Origin: an uncultured bacterium
Lineage (GTDB): Bacteria > Omnitrophota > Omnitrophia > Omnitrophales > Abzuiibacteriaceae
Reading direction: 5' to 3'
Length of the DNA: 64,000 nucleotides
Assembly (NCBI GenBank): GCA_964387845.1
Contig: CAYLXA010000001.1
Location: forward strand, 290,627-354,626
Both the position numbers and the translations under genes were made by a program. How positions within the stretch are numbered: the stretch's first letter is position 1; every line of letters begins with the position of its first letter. Shown here in pieces: positions 32,953 through 41,332 of this stretch. The notes under the pieces were generated by a model, which searched no databases, was not told the DNA's origin, and saw only the letters and a program-made list of their open reading frames with translations.

Positions 32953-34261
32953 GCCGGTACATCAAAAACCCTGAGCCCAACTTCGGGTAAAAATAAGTAG
33001 ACTTTTGCGGCATCAATTCTCCCGAAGCGCAAATAGCCTGCATCACTTTGGCTTCAATCGGCGGCACAATCACAGCCGCGTCAAACTTCTTGGAGCGTAC
33101 GCCTTCGAGTGCCTCATCCGAAAAGCGCGTGTATTCGAGAAAATGCTCGAGATTTTTATCATCAACACCAAGATGTTTCAAAACCAAATGTGAAACCTGC
33201 GCGACTTCAAGCCGGTACCAAATGTCGGGTTTTCCGGCCGGCATCTCCGCGCGTGCTTTTTGAATGTCTTTGATTTTAAATAAAATCGATTCACCGGGAA
33301 AACAAACCGCGAAAGCGTCCCTGATTTTTCCCTGCGCGAGTTCTTTTACTTCCGTCTCGGAAATTTTTCTCGAGTCAAATAAGGGCGAAAGGATTTGCGA
33401 CAATTCTGACGCGCTTACTTTTTTGATGTTCTTGAGCTGCCGATGGATGGGAAAAATTAAAAGCCCTTCATCTTCCAATTCCACAAGCCCCATTAAGCAA
33501 TAATCGGAAGGCTGCAAGCTGCCAGCTTCAGGCTTCAAGCTTGAAGTTTGCAATTTGGAGCCTGCAGCTTGAAGCTTGCGGCTTGCGGCTTGTTCTTGGC
33601 TATAGCGCAAAGCGGTTTCATAACGGTGATGGCCATCCGCGATTAAAACCTGCTTATCGGAAAACATTTTTGAAATCTGCGTTTTGTCGGATGAATCCGA
33701 AACCGCCCAAAGTTTGTGCGCTTCACCGTCAGAAAATTTAAATTCGTATAACGGTTTTTGTTTCTCAAATTTCTTTCTCAGTTCCTGGGCGGTTCTTTCA
33801 GAATCTTGATAAAGCCCATAAACCGGCGAAATGTTGGTTTTGATTGCTGAGAGCAGCTTGAACCGATCTTCCTTCGGGCCGGAATGCGTTTTTTCGTGCG
33901 GCAAAATCACTTTTGATTCAAAAGGCTCCACTTGAAACAGACCAAAAATCACGACGCGCGTCTTGATGCGGCCCGATTCTGGGTCTTTGAAGATGGTTTC
34001 GTAAAGATAAAAACTCTCTTTTGTGTCTTTTTCGAGAATTTGCTTCCTCAGCCATTCGTTCAGAAATTCAGAAGCTTTTTGATATTTCACACTCGCATCT
34101 TCTTTACCGTATTCGATACGAATGATGTTGTAGGGACTTTTACCGTAAAGCGCTTCCTGCTCGGCAGGTGAAATAATATCGTAAGGCGGAGCAACCACTT
34201 GATCCATTTTGACGGACCCGGAATTGTAACGCAGTGCGCGGAAAGGTTTGATAATAGCCAT
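32945..34261 (-). CDS. Conserved uncharacterised protein, DUF1015-like (family name from memory, unverified), with an in-frame low-complexity insert
   Basis: 438 aa, ADGHHRYETALRYS motif. Insert LQAAGSKLQTSSLKPEAGSLQPSDY is encoded by palindromic AAGCTT/CAGCTG-type repeats at 33511-33600. Confidence 0.5.
   Translation of the reverse strand: MAIIKPFRALRYNSGSVKMDQVVAPPYDIISPAEQEALYGKSPYNIIRIEYGKEDASVKYQKASEFLNEWLRKQILEKDTKESFYLYETIFKDPESGRIKTRVVIFGLFQVEPFESKVILPHEKTHSGPKEDRFKLLSAIKTNISPVYGLYQDSERTAQELRKKFEKQKPLYEFKFSDGEAHKLWAVSDSSDKTQISKMFSDKQVLIADGHHRYETALRYSQEQAASRKLQAAGSKLQTSSLKPEAGSLQPSDYCLMGLVELEDEGLLIFPIHRQLKNIKKVSASELSQILSPLFDSRKISETEVKELAQGKIRDAFAVCFPGESILFKIKDIQKARAEMPAGKPDIWYRLEVAQVSHLVLKHLGVDDKNLEHFLEYTRFSDEALEGVRSKKFDAAVIVPPIEAKVMQAICASGELMPQKSTYFYPKLGSGFLMYRHE
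33511..33600. repeat. Low-complexity palindromic DNA (CAAGCTG / AAGCTTGAAG / GCGGCTTGCGGCTTG units) inserted in-frame in the DUF1015-like gene
   Basis: gctgcaagctgccagcttcaggcttcaagcttgaagtttgcaatttggagcctgcagcttgaagcttgcggcttgcggcttg. Contains a perfect 14-bp palindrome CTTCAAGCTTGAAG. Confidence 0.5.
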
Positions 34262-34350
34262 ATTAACGTAAATTCAAATCTCAAATTTCAAAATAATTTT
34301 GATATTTGAAATTTGAATTTGTTTTGAGATTTGATATTTGAATTTTGAAA

Positions 34351-34695
34351 TTACTTAACAATTGCTCCAGACGGTAAATCTTTTTCGGGAGTTAGAAATG
34401 CGAGACTTGAATCCGTGCTTGCGGCCAGCAGCATGCCTTGTGATTCAACGCCGCGGATCACGGCCGGAGCCAGATTTTTCACCACCACGATTTTTTTACC
34501 GACCAGCTCTTCAGGTTTATAGAATTGTTTAATACCGGCCACGATGGTCCGTTGCTCATCGGCAATCTTAATCCTCAAAACCCACAAACGGTCGGCGTTG
34601 GGATGCGGCTCCACTGCCAGGATTTCGGCCACCCGCAGCTCCAGCTTCTTAAAATCATCGTATGTAATGGTTTCAGTCGTCATTTGAGCCGCCAT
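34351..34695 (-). CDS. tRNA-binding protein (CsaA / EMAP-like OB-fold, MetRS C-terminal-domain-like)
   Basis: MAAQMTTETITYDDFKKLELRVAEILAVEPHPNADRLWVLRIKIADEQRTIVAGIKQFYKPEELVGKKIVVVKNLAPAVIRGVESQGMLLAA. Start trimmed to the Met at 34695. The longer ORF-track N-terminus runs through a palindromic repeat. Confidence 0.65.
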   Translation of the reverse strand: MAAQMTTETITYDDFKKLELRVAEILAVEPHPNADRLWVLRIKIADEQRTIVAGIKQFYKPEELVGKKIVVVKNLAPAVIRGVESQGMLLAASTDSSLAFLTPEKDLPSGAIVK

Positions 34696-34735
34696 TCTAT
34701 CACTAACCAAATAACGGTGGCAAGAAGGCTTCTCT

Positions 34736-34889
34736 AGCAGTATGGGATATCTCTTCCGGCACCAGCAGTTCGCAAGCTCCTGCGGCTTGCGCCTGCCTGC
34801 GCGCTCGCCCGTTGAACCCGCCGAAAAGCATGGCGGGGCCAAGCTTCAACGGGCTCCGCGAGCTGCCTTTAGAGATATCCCATACTGCT
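34736..34889. repeat. MITE-like palindromic element with perfect 19-bp terminal inverted repeats
   Basis: AGCAGTATGGGATATCTCT (34736-34754) and its exact reverse complement AGAGATATCCCATACTGCT (34871-34889) flank 116 bp containing further imperfect inverted repeats (GCTCGCCCGTTGAACCCGCC / GGCGGGGCCAAGCTTCAACGGGCTCCGCGAGC). Confidence 0.5.
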
Positions 34890-34949
34890 TTACTTTAATA
34901 GCGGAAAACAGAAAATCGTTAAAGCTTACCTTCGGAGGGAATAATTTGC

Positions 34950-35050
34950 CGAATGCGGCTCACGGAACCACGAGGAGCTAGGCCCCCCGACTCTATTTCG
35001 CAAAGCGAGACAGCGGGGGTCCGAGTGGTGAGTGCGCAGGCGGCTTGACG
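34950..35050. repeat. GC-rich roughly 90-bp element, copy A (second copy at 38320-38405, same orientation)
   Basis: gagctaggccccccgactctatttcgcaaagcgagacagcgggggtccgagtggtgagtgcgcaggcgg versus gagcttggtcccccaccgttttgtttcgcaaagcgaggcagcgggggtctgaaggatgagagcgcaggcgg; about 80-85 % identity by eye. Potential stems GGCCCCCCG/CGGGGGTCC and CGCAAAGCG. Confidence 0.5.
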
Positions 35051-35361
35051 CCGCAGCCCGTCACCTACATTGAATTTCCTATTGAAGGTGAGGGCTGTCC
35101 CAATTCACCTATGAATAAACGTCTTAAGGCTTTAATGATAATTGGGACTGGAACGGCCGAAGTGCCGGTGCCGGCAGACAATCCTTGCCGGTGCTTAATA
35201 AAGATGGAAAACTAGTTTATTGTTGTAAGTTATTATAAATAAATGACTTATGGAATATAGTTTTTCTTGTCAGGTAGCGAAAAAATGATAGAATATCGGT
35301 CTCATTTTTGACTTTGTATCCGCGAATGTGGCCCTCAGTAAGCGTCTAAAGGGAGAGAAAA

Positions 35362-36471
35362 TTGGGAAAGATTAAAATAGCAGTCGTCGGTGTCGGGAAT
35401 TGCTGCGCTTCCCTGGTCCAGGGAATCGAGTTCTACCGCCATCAAAACGGCACCATTGCCAAGAGCCGTGAGCATCTGGGTTTGATGCATTATAACCTAG
35501 GCGGCTACTTACCGGAAGACATCGAAATCGTCGCTGCGTTTGATATCGATAAACGTAAGGTCGGTGAACGCCTTGATGTCGCGCTAAAAGCCAAGCCCAA
35601 TAATGTGCTCGAGCTTTTCGGCGATATTCCCCGCAGCCGTGTCGTGGTTCAAATGGGAACCGTGTTGGATGGGTATTCGGAACACATGTCAGAATATCCT
35701 GTTGATCGCACATTTGTCCTCGCGAAACAAAAACCTGCCAATGTAGAACGCGTTCTGAAAGAGAGCGGCGCTGAAATTCTTTTGAATTATTTACCGGTTG
35801 GATCCGAGGAAGCCACACAATTCTACGCGGAAGCTTGCCTCAAAACGGGCGTGAGCTTCATTAATTGCATGCCTTCCTTTATTGTTTCAGATCCCAAATG
35901 GTCAAAGCGTTTTGAAGATAAGCGAATTCCCGTGATTGGCGATGATATTAAGGCTCAGCTGGGTGCTACAATTGTTCACCGCACGCTTGCGAAATTGTTT
36001 GCAGACCGCGGCGTCAAGATTGACCGCACCTATCAATTAAATACCGGCGGCAACACTGACTTTTTGAATATGCTCAACCGCAAACGCCTGGCATCCAAGC
36101 GCATTTCAAAGACGGAAGCCGTCCAAAGCCAGCTCGAAATTCCGCTGGATGAGGAAAATATTCACATCGGGCCTTCGGATTATGTCGCGTGGCAGAACGA
36201 CAACAAAGTTTGTTATTTGCGCATGGAAGGCCGCGGATTTGCCGGTTTCCCGGTGAATGTCGAACTCAGGCTTTCTGTGGAAGATTCCCCCAATAGCGCC
36301 GGTGTCGCGATCGATGCGATCCGCTGCTGCAAGCTCGCGCGTGAACGCAATATCGGCGGGCCGCTCGTTTCAATTTCAGCTTACGCGATGAAACATCCGC
36401 CGAAACAACTTCCCGATACCCAAGCCCGTGAACTCGTCGAAAAGTTCATCCAAGGCACTTGCCAGCGCTAA
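35362..36471 (+). CDS. myo-Inositol-1-phosphate synthase (inositol-3-phosphate synthase), bacterial/archaeal short type
   Basis: N-terminus (M)GKIKIAVVGVGNCCASLVQGIEFY matches the characteristic MIPS Rossmann start. 369 aa. TTG start with GGGAGAG SD-like 5 nt upstream. Only sizeable plus-strand gene in the window. Confidence 0.75.
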   Translation: MGKIKIAVVGVGNCCASLVQGIEFYRHQNGTIAKSREHLGLMHYNLGGYLPEDIEIVAAFDIDKRKVGERLDVALKAKPNNVLELFGDIPRSRVVVQMGTVLDGYSEHMSEYPVDRTFVLAKQKPANVERVLKESGAEILLNYLPVGSEEATQFYAEACLKTGVSFINCMPSFIVSDPKWSKRFEDKRIPVIGDDIKAQLGATIVHRTLAKLFADRGVKIDRTYQLNTGGNTDFLNMLNRKRLASKRISKTEAVQSQLEIPLDEENIHIGPSDYVAWQNDNKVCYLRMEGRGFAGFPVNVELRLSVEDSPNSAGVAIDAIRCCKLARERNIGGPLVSISAYAMKHPPKQLPDTQARELVEKFIQGTCQR

Positions 36472-36476
36472 CCCGT

Positions 36477-36518
36477 CATTGCGAGGCGCTTAAATTGTCG
36501 CCGAAGCAATCTACGTTT
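36477..36518. repeat. Repeat family 2 (TCATTGCGAG..GAAGCAATCTACGTT), copy 1; second copy at 43991-44074
   Basis: tcattgcgaggcgcttaaattgtcgccgaagcaatctacgtt versus tcattgcgagacatagtgattggtgtcgaagcaatctacgtt. Confidence 0.5.
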
Positions 36519-36519
36519 T

Positions 36520-36699
36520 AAGCTTTGAAGAAGCCCTTCGCTCAGTGAATTCAACGTGAGAAATCTATTTGCTTAGGCATTGGAACACCTTCCACCGTTC
36601 CTACAATACTTAACGCTGTAGGCCGTCGGCTTTCCAACGCCTTCACACATGATTTCTCTCTCACGAATTCAATTCGCTTCGGCGCTTCTTCAAAGCTTT
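36520..36699. repeat. MITE-like element with about 45-bp imperfect terminal inverted repeats (outer 15 bp perfect)
   Basis: AAGCTTTGAAGAAGC (36520-36534) versus GCTTCTTCAAAGCTT (36684-36698). Inner arms ...TCAGTGAATTCAACGTGAGAAATC / GATTTCTCTCTCACGAATTCAATTCG. Confidence 0.45.
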
Positions 36700-36751
36700 C
36701 CGCGCCACCCGCATCTAAATCCTAAGGCCGCAAATTGCGACCTTAGAATTT

Positions 36752-37291
36752 CTACCCAATCTTCCCGGGCCGATGCGGATCCATCTCAAAACCAATCGCA
36801 TCCGTAGTCGGCGGCGCCAAAAGCGGCCTAATCATTTTGAACAATCTCTGCAAAGCTCTGTCGTGATCGAGCAGAACCTTCTCAATTTCATCCAATCGTC
36901 CGTGCAGAATTTGATTCAGGTTGAAAACTTCTCTCAATCTCACAAAAGCACGGATCACGTAAACGCTCATACGGACAGCTCGGTCACTGTTTAAAATGTT
37001 GGCTGCCATTAACGCCCCGTGTTCTGTGAAAGCAAAAGGAAGATACCGATCGCCACCCCGACCCTCTTTCTTTGAGGTCACAATCTGTGACCTCAAAAAT
37101 TCTGCTTCCTCCAGAGTAAGCTGAAACATGAAATCTGCCGGAAAACGGCTTCGGTTACGTTTGACAGCTTGATTGAATGCTTTTGTGCTCACCCCATAAA
37201 GCTCCGCTAAGTCACGGTCAAGAATAACGCTCTGACTCCGGATGATGAGAACACGATTTTCTACAGCTAATTTAGGACCTCTTTTAGACAT
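36752..37291 (-). CDS. ORF6N / KilA-N-family DNA-binding-domain protein (family seen on phages and mobile elements)
   Basis: MSKRGPKLAVENRVLIIRSQSVILDRDLAELYGVSTKAFNQAVKRNRSRFPADFMFQLTLEEAEFLRSQIVTSKKEGRGGDRYLPFAFTEHGALMAANILNSDRAV is the typical ORF6N-domain signature (from memory). Confidence 0.55.
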   Translation of the reverse strand: MSKRGPKLAVENRVLIIRSQSVILDRDLAELYGVSTKAFNQAVKRNRSRFPADFMFQLTLEEAEFLRSQIVTSKKEGRGGDRYLPFAFTEHGALMAANILNSDRAVRMSVYVIRAFVRLREVFNLNQILHGRLDEIEKVLLDHDRALQRLFKMIRPLLAPPTTDAIGFEMDPHRPGKIG

Positions 37292-37444
37292 GAAACACCC
37301 CTCTTATTGGTTTTAAATGGAGGGGGGATTTTAATTTTGTTTTTTACTGCGGGAGATATGGAATTATATATAACTTTTACGATTAATCAACACTCAACTT
37401 CTAGCCTGTCCCCTTAGAAGGTGCCTGGCACTTTTTTTATGAGA

Positions 37445-38113
37445 TCAAATGACCCCTTTCATTAATGTTTCTTTAACTTTCTTGGCATTTTTTAGTCCTT
37501 CGTCAATCAAAGAAATAAAATACTCAATTTCTCCATTTAAAGTACTAGGATAAAAATCTCCAACCCGACAGCATCCTTCACAAATTCCATCCATAGCTTG
37601 AACGTAAGCGGTTTCAGCAAATGTAAGCCATTCACGCGTTTCATTCCATGTTTCCTTCCCATCATGAGTACGCCAGGGGAAATTATGAACACGTTGAATA
37701 TTCCGATGAGGATTTATCTTGTCACTAATATCTTTTATTTTTTCCTCGTACTCATCAAAATGAGATAAAAACTCTTTTCGTTGTTGTTTTAACCTATCTT
37801 TTGAGAAAGTCTGTCTTTCTAATTTTAGTTCAATATTTTCTTCTGAAACTTCTTTGCTTTTTTGCATTAAATTCCATAAACTAGCTTCACTAGAACGACC
37901 AAAAATCTTTCCTAAAGCGAGAATGTACTTTGTTTCCAAAGCATCTCGAATAAAGCTGAATAAGCCACCAAATTCTCGTTCAAATCCTTCTGATTGAACA
38001 AGCCCGTTATTCCATTTGAATAATAAAGCATGGAAAATGTTAGCCTCGCAAAGATCTCTGCTTACACAGGTTTCTATTACCTTCAGTGAATCTTGAACTT
38101 CATCCATCATCAA
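37445..38113 (-). CDS. Hypothetical protein encoded by a markedly AT-rich gene; contains a possible HEPN-like Rx4-6H motif (RNIQRVH)
   Basis: 222-aa ORF. Local GC visibly lower than flanks (long A/T runs). No recognisable family. Lies between the ORF6N gene and a GC-rich repeat cluster. Confidence 0.45.
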   Translation of the reverse strand: MMMDEVQDSLKVIETCVSRDLCEANIFHALLFKWNNGLVQSEGFEREFGGLFSFIRDALETKYILALGKIFGRSSEASLWNLMQKSKEVSEENIELKLERQTFSKDRLKQQRKEFLSHFDEYEEKIKDISDKINPHRNIQRVHNFPWRTHDGKETWNETREWLTFAETAYVQAMDGICEGCCRVGDFYPSTLNGEIEYFISLIDEGLKNAKKVKETLMKGVI

Positions 38114-38195
38114 CCTCCAATAAATTCATGATTCTGTACCAATTATAAAAGCATTCATATTTTATGCCCCCAATTCGCAGAAGACAACCTGGTTC

Positions 38196-38290
38196 TCGAA
38201 ATAGAACGCCCTCACCCCCTCCGGGCCTAAGGCCCGATAGGGCCGGAGGCTCACCCTACCCCTCTCCCAAAGGGAGAGGGAAAAACAAAG
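38196..38290. repeat. REP-like family 1, copy 3, plus extra GC hairpins
   Basis: CCCTCTCCCAAAGGGAGAGGG and CCTCCGGGCCTAAGGCCCGATAGGGCCGGAGG. The 38164..38448 plus-strand ORF in the track is a spurious translation of this repeat DNA. Confidence 0.55.
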
Positions 38291-38319
38291 GAAGAATCTG
38301 GCTTTGTGGAGGCGGCTCT

Positions 38320-38405
38320 CGGAATCCTTCAGAGCTTGGTCCCCCACCGTTTTGTTTCGCAAAGCGAGGCAGCGGGGGTCTGAAGGATGAGAGCGCAGGC
38401 GGTCG
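38320..38405. repeat. GC-rich roughly 90-bp element, copy B (see 34950-35050)
   Basis: Direct-orientation duplicate. Together the two copies bracket the ino1, ORF6N and AT-rich gene segment. Confidence 0.5.
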
Positions 38406-38455
38406 AGCCCGCGGGAGGCGAGAACCGCCGGCGCCGGAACAAAGCTAGATTCTGA

Positions 38456-39337
38456 CTAAATTAGTGCTAATCCGATTAATTTGTAAATAAGGCGCGCGAC
38501 GAGGAAATTGGGGGCGTGAAGCTTTTCTATCGGTGATAATTCCATGACATCAAAACCAACAATTTTTCGTGACTTGGCGATTTCCCTAAAAAGCGCCATG
38601 GCTTCATGCCACAAAAGACCGTTGGGTTCCGGTGTTCCGGTTGCGGGCATAATCGAAGGGTCAAAACCATCTACATCGATCGTAATATAAACTTCATCCG
38701 TTAAATTGGTCAGCGCGGTGTGAATCCAATCTTGAATTGCCATCTTTTTGATTTCGTGCGCGTATAAAATGTTTACGTTTTGCTTCTTGGCGACCCTGAT
38801 TTGATCCGGTGAAATGCTGCGGATACCGACTTGCGAAAGCGGGCACTTTCCTGCAATGCGCGCCGCAATTGAGGCGTGCGAATAAGGCGTTCCCTCATAA
38901 GAATCGCGCAAATCCGCGTGAGCGTCGATCTGCAGAACGGACATTTTGGGATATTTCTTCAAGTGTGATTTGATTAACGCGCTTGAAATAGAATGTTCAC
39001 CGCCGATTCCGACCAGGAATTTATTTTCCGAGAGAATTTCATCCGATCGCTTTTCCAATCTTTCGATAAATTGCTTCGGGTCTTTTTCCTTTGCGGCAGG
39101 TTTGAAGCTTGGAAGTGTCGCAATCGATACCTTTTTACATGTTTCAACACCCAATTCCTCATCGTAATACTCCACATAACGAGAAGCATCAATAACAGCT
39201 TTGGGGCCGCGGGATGTGCCTTTTCCGTAAGAGACCGTTCCTTCATAAGGAACCGGCAAAACAGCAACTTTGGATTTGGTGTAAGCGGGTTCGGGATCCT
39301 GGCCTAAAAAGTTAAATGGGGCTTTTTCGTGCTGCAT
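38456..39337 (-). CDS. speB: Agmatinase (ureohydrolase / arginase family)
   Basis: GGEHSIS, DAHADLRDSYEG, ITIDVDGFDPS Mn-binding motifs of the arginase fold. Adjacent to the pyruvoyl arginine decarboxylase. Confidence 0.7.
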   Translation of the reverse strand: MQHEKAPFNFLGQDPEPAYTKSKVAVLPVPYEGTVSYGKGTSRGPKAVIDASRYVEYYDEELGVETCKKVSIATLPSFKPAAKEKDPKQFIERLEKRSDEILSENKFLVGIGGEHSISSALIKSHLKKYPKMSVLQIDAHADLRDSYEGTPYSHASIAARIAGKCPLSQVGIRSISPDQIRVAKKQNVNILYAHEIKKMAIQDWIHTALTNLTDEVYITIDVDGFDPSIMPATGTPEPNGLLWHEAMALFREIAKSRKIVGFDVMELSPIEKLHAPNFLVARLIYKLIGLALI

Positions 39338-39387
39338 AGGTAATCCTTCGAGAAACTCAGGATGAGTGGGTCAGCAAGCTGACCTCC

Positions 39388-39933
39388 TCACACGATAAAA
39401 ACGCAGGAAGCGAGAACGGTGGTCCAGCGGCCGTCTTTATCGCCTTCGGCGCTTTGCGTCACTTCCGTGGTACGGACGATTTGATTTGAAATTTTCCAGA
39501 TTTCGCGCTTAGCGTCGTAACTAGAATCCGGATCAAACTTCACACCGGAGACCGTTGCCAACATTTCAGCCGCCAAGTCTTCGGCATAATCGCCCGTTTT
39601 TTTATCCGTCCAGCCGTAAGCGTGATGTTCTGACAAATAGCCGTGCTGGTTCGAGTCTTTTGGAATCGCAATGCCGACACTGGCTGAAATCAACCTGTTG
39701 GGCTCGTTCGTTGCATTGTCGCTCATCACGCAAAACACGATTTGGCCGGCTGAAAGATACTTCAAACCTTCTTTGCTCGGAATGATTTTGCAGTTGGGTG
39801 GGAAAATGCTCGATACTTTTACCAAATTATAGTTCGCAATACCGGCATCGCGCAGCGCAAGCTCAAAGCTGGCCAATTTTTCAAGATGAATGCCGACGCC
39901 TTTCGTCATAAAACATTTTTTGGGTAGAATCAC
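39388..39933 (-). CDS. pdaD: Pyruvoyl-dependent arginine decarboxylase (PdaD)
   Basis: MILPKKCFMTKGVGIHLEKLASFELALRDAGIANYNLVKVSSIFPP with the self-processing VSSI serinolysis site. About 180 aa. Confidence 0.75.
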   Translation of the reverse strand: MILPKKCFMTKGVGIHLEKLASFELALRDAGIANYNLVKVSSIFPPNCKIIPSKEGLKYLSAGQIVFCVMSDNATNEPNRLISASVGIAIPKDSNQHGYLSEHHAYGWTDKKTGDYAEDLAAEMLATVSGVKFDPDSSYDAKREIWKISNQIVRTTEVTQSAEGDKDGRWTTVLASCVFIV

Positions 39934-39949
39934 GTTCGAGTCTCCTTAA

Positions 39950-41329
39950 TTAACGGTCCACAATATCGTCTGAAGCAACAATCGGAATCAAGCCGCCGTT
40001 CTGCATAATGTTAATCACAGTTTCATCGCCAAGTTTTGAAATACCGCCTGCGTATTTCCAATCAAACACAAAAGCGCCGACGCTCACGCGGCGATAAACC
40101 ATCTCGAGTTTGTTATTCACGATGGCCGGAACGGTCATTTTGGGAACGCTCACATATTCCTGAATGATCCAATTGTTCTTGAGCGCCTTGTCGATCGCGG
40201 CGTTCCAATCTTCATCGCGTGTTTCGGCGCCGATCACGACATCGCCCCGGTTTCCGTAGCCGATGGTGGGTTTTAAAACCAAAGAATCCTTTTCATCTTT
40301 CAAAAAATCAATCAAATAGCTTTTCCGCCTGCCGTAAAAACGTTCGGCATCCGACACCTGGCGCGTCCACGGCAGATGATTTTGCTTAAACTCATTTTCT
40401 TTGTCCGTGAAATAACGGTCGTAATCGGGATTCGTTAAAATAGATATCAAGGCACGGCTCGAGGCGAGGCGCGACCTTAAAGGATTAACCATGCACACCG
40501 CACGTTCACGGTAAGCCTTCAGAAAATCTTGGATTTCATCGGCTTTTTCGGCGAGCTCATGACAAACGACGCGGCGGTATACCAAATCAACCCTGAAATT
40601 ACCATGATAAAGCTTTCCGGTCTTGAATTTAAGCTCTCTGGGGTCTGCAATGGTTGCCTTGTAGCCTTTGGACTCAAAAAATGCCTTTAGGATCTCAAAT
40701 TCGGGGCGCGTGCGGACCGATTTCCAATCCACAATCGCAATATTGGGCGTCTCAAATCCGCCGAATTCCTCATAAGCGCTTAAAAGTGCCGAGAGAAGTC
40801 TCTCGAAGCGCTCTTCTTTCTTAAAATGAAACTCGGCAAAAAAATCTTTCAAATCCGGTGTTTCAAAAATGATTTTCTCAAGCTCATTGGCATAAGCCGT
40901 ACCGGCCGGCGCATCGCAGTTGAGCTGAATAAACTTGAGTGCTTCGCCTTCTAAGAATCCATCCAGACGCATCATCACGACATTGCGTGAATAACCGGGA
41001 TCGATTTTGATTAATTCCTGGATTTCCGGCGTGTAGCGAAAGTGCTCCGCCACCACGGGATCCGTAAAATAAAGGTTGGTTGCTTTGTTGACAATGGAAA
41101 GAAAACTATCGGAAACCGTCCGAAGAATTTTTTCCTGCTTGGCCGTAATAAAATGCGGCTTCAGGAAAGCCGGAACGATGAAGCGGCCGTACTTGATATT
41201 CTGCTTTTTGAGCTCTTCCTGGAAATGATTGATGGCTTTCGGGAAACTCTTTTCATGCGCCATCACGAATTGATCGAAGGCGTAATCGATGCTTTTATTG
41301 GAATCAATGGATGAAGGTGTCCACGCCAT
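39950..41329 (-). CDS. Circularly permuted ATP-grasp type 2 family protein (glutathionylspermidine-synthase-like / YgiC-like)
   Basis: 459 aa. Architecture and linkage to the polyamine genes. Assignment from general resemblance only. Confidence 0.4.
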   Translation of the reverse strand: MAWTPSSIDSNKSIDYAFDQFVMAHEKSFPKAINHFQEELKKQNIKYGRFIVPAFLKPHFITAKQEKILRTVSDSFLSIVNKATNLYFTDPVVAEHFRYTPEIQELIKIDPGYSRNVVMMRLDGFLEGEALKFIQLNCDAPAGTAYANELEKIIFETPDLKDFFAEFHFKKEERFERLLSALLSAYEEFGGFETPNIAIVDWKSVRTRPEFEILKAFFESKGYKATIADPRELKFKTGKLYHGNFRVDLVYRRVVCHELAEKADEIQDFLKAYRERAVCMVNPLRSRLASSRALISILTNPDYDRYFTDKENEFKQNHLPWTRQVSDAERFYGRRKSYLIDFLKDEKDSLVLKPTIGYGNRGDVVIGAETRDEDWNAAIDKALKNNWIIQEYVSVPKMTVPAIVNNKLEMVYRRVSVGAFVFDWKYAGGISKLGDETVINIMQNGGLIPIVASDDIVDR

Positions 41330-41332
41330 AGG

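Noticed and set aside
34696-34842. N-terminal 49-aa extension of the tRNA-binding protein ORF (MAPPCFSAGSTGERAGRRKPQELANCW...)
   Set aside because: Runs through the 154-bp palindromic element and is Arg/Cys/Trp-rich and non-protein-like. The homology-supported start is the Met at 34695.
38164-38448. 94-aa plus-strand ORF (MPPIRRRQPGSRNRTPSPPPG...)
   Set aside because: Pro/Gly/Arg-rich translation of GC-rich REP and repeat DNA. No start context. Overlaps the repeat cluster.
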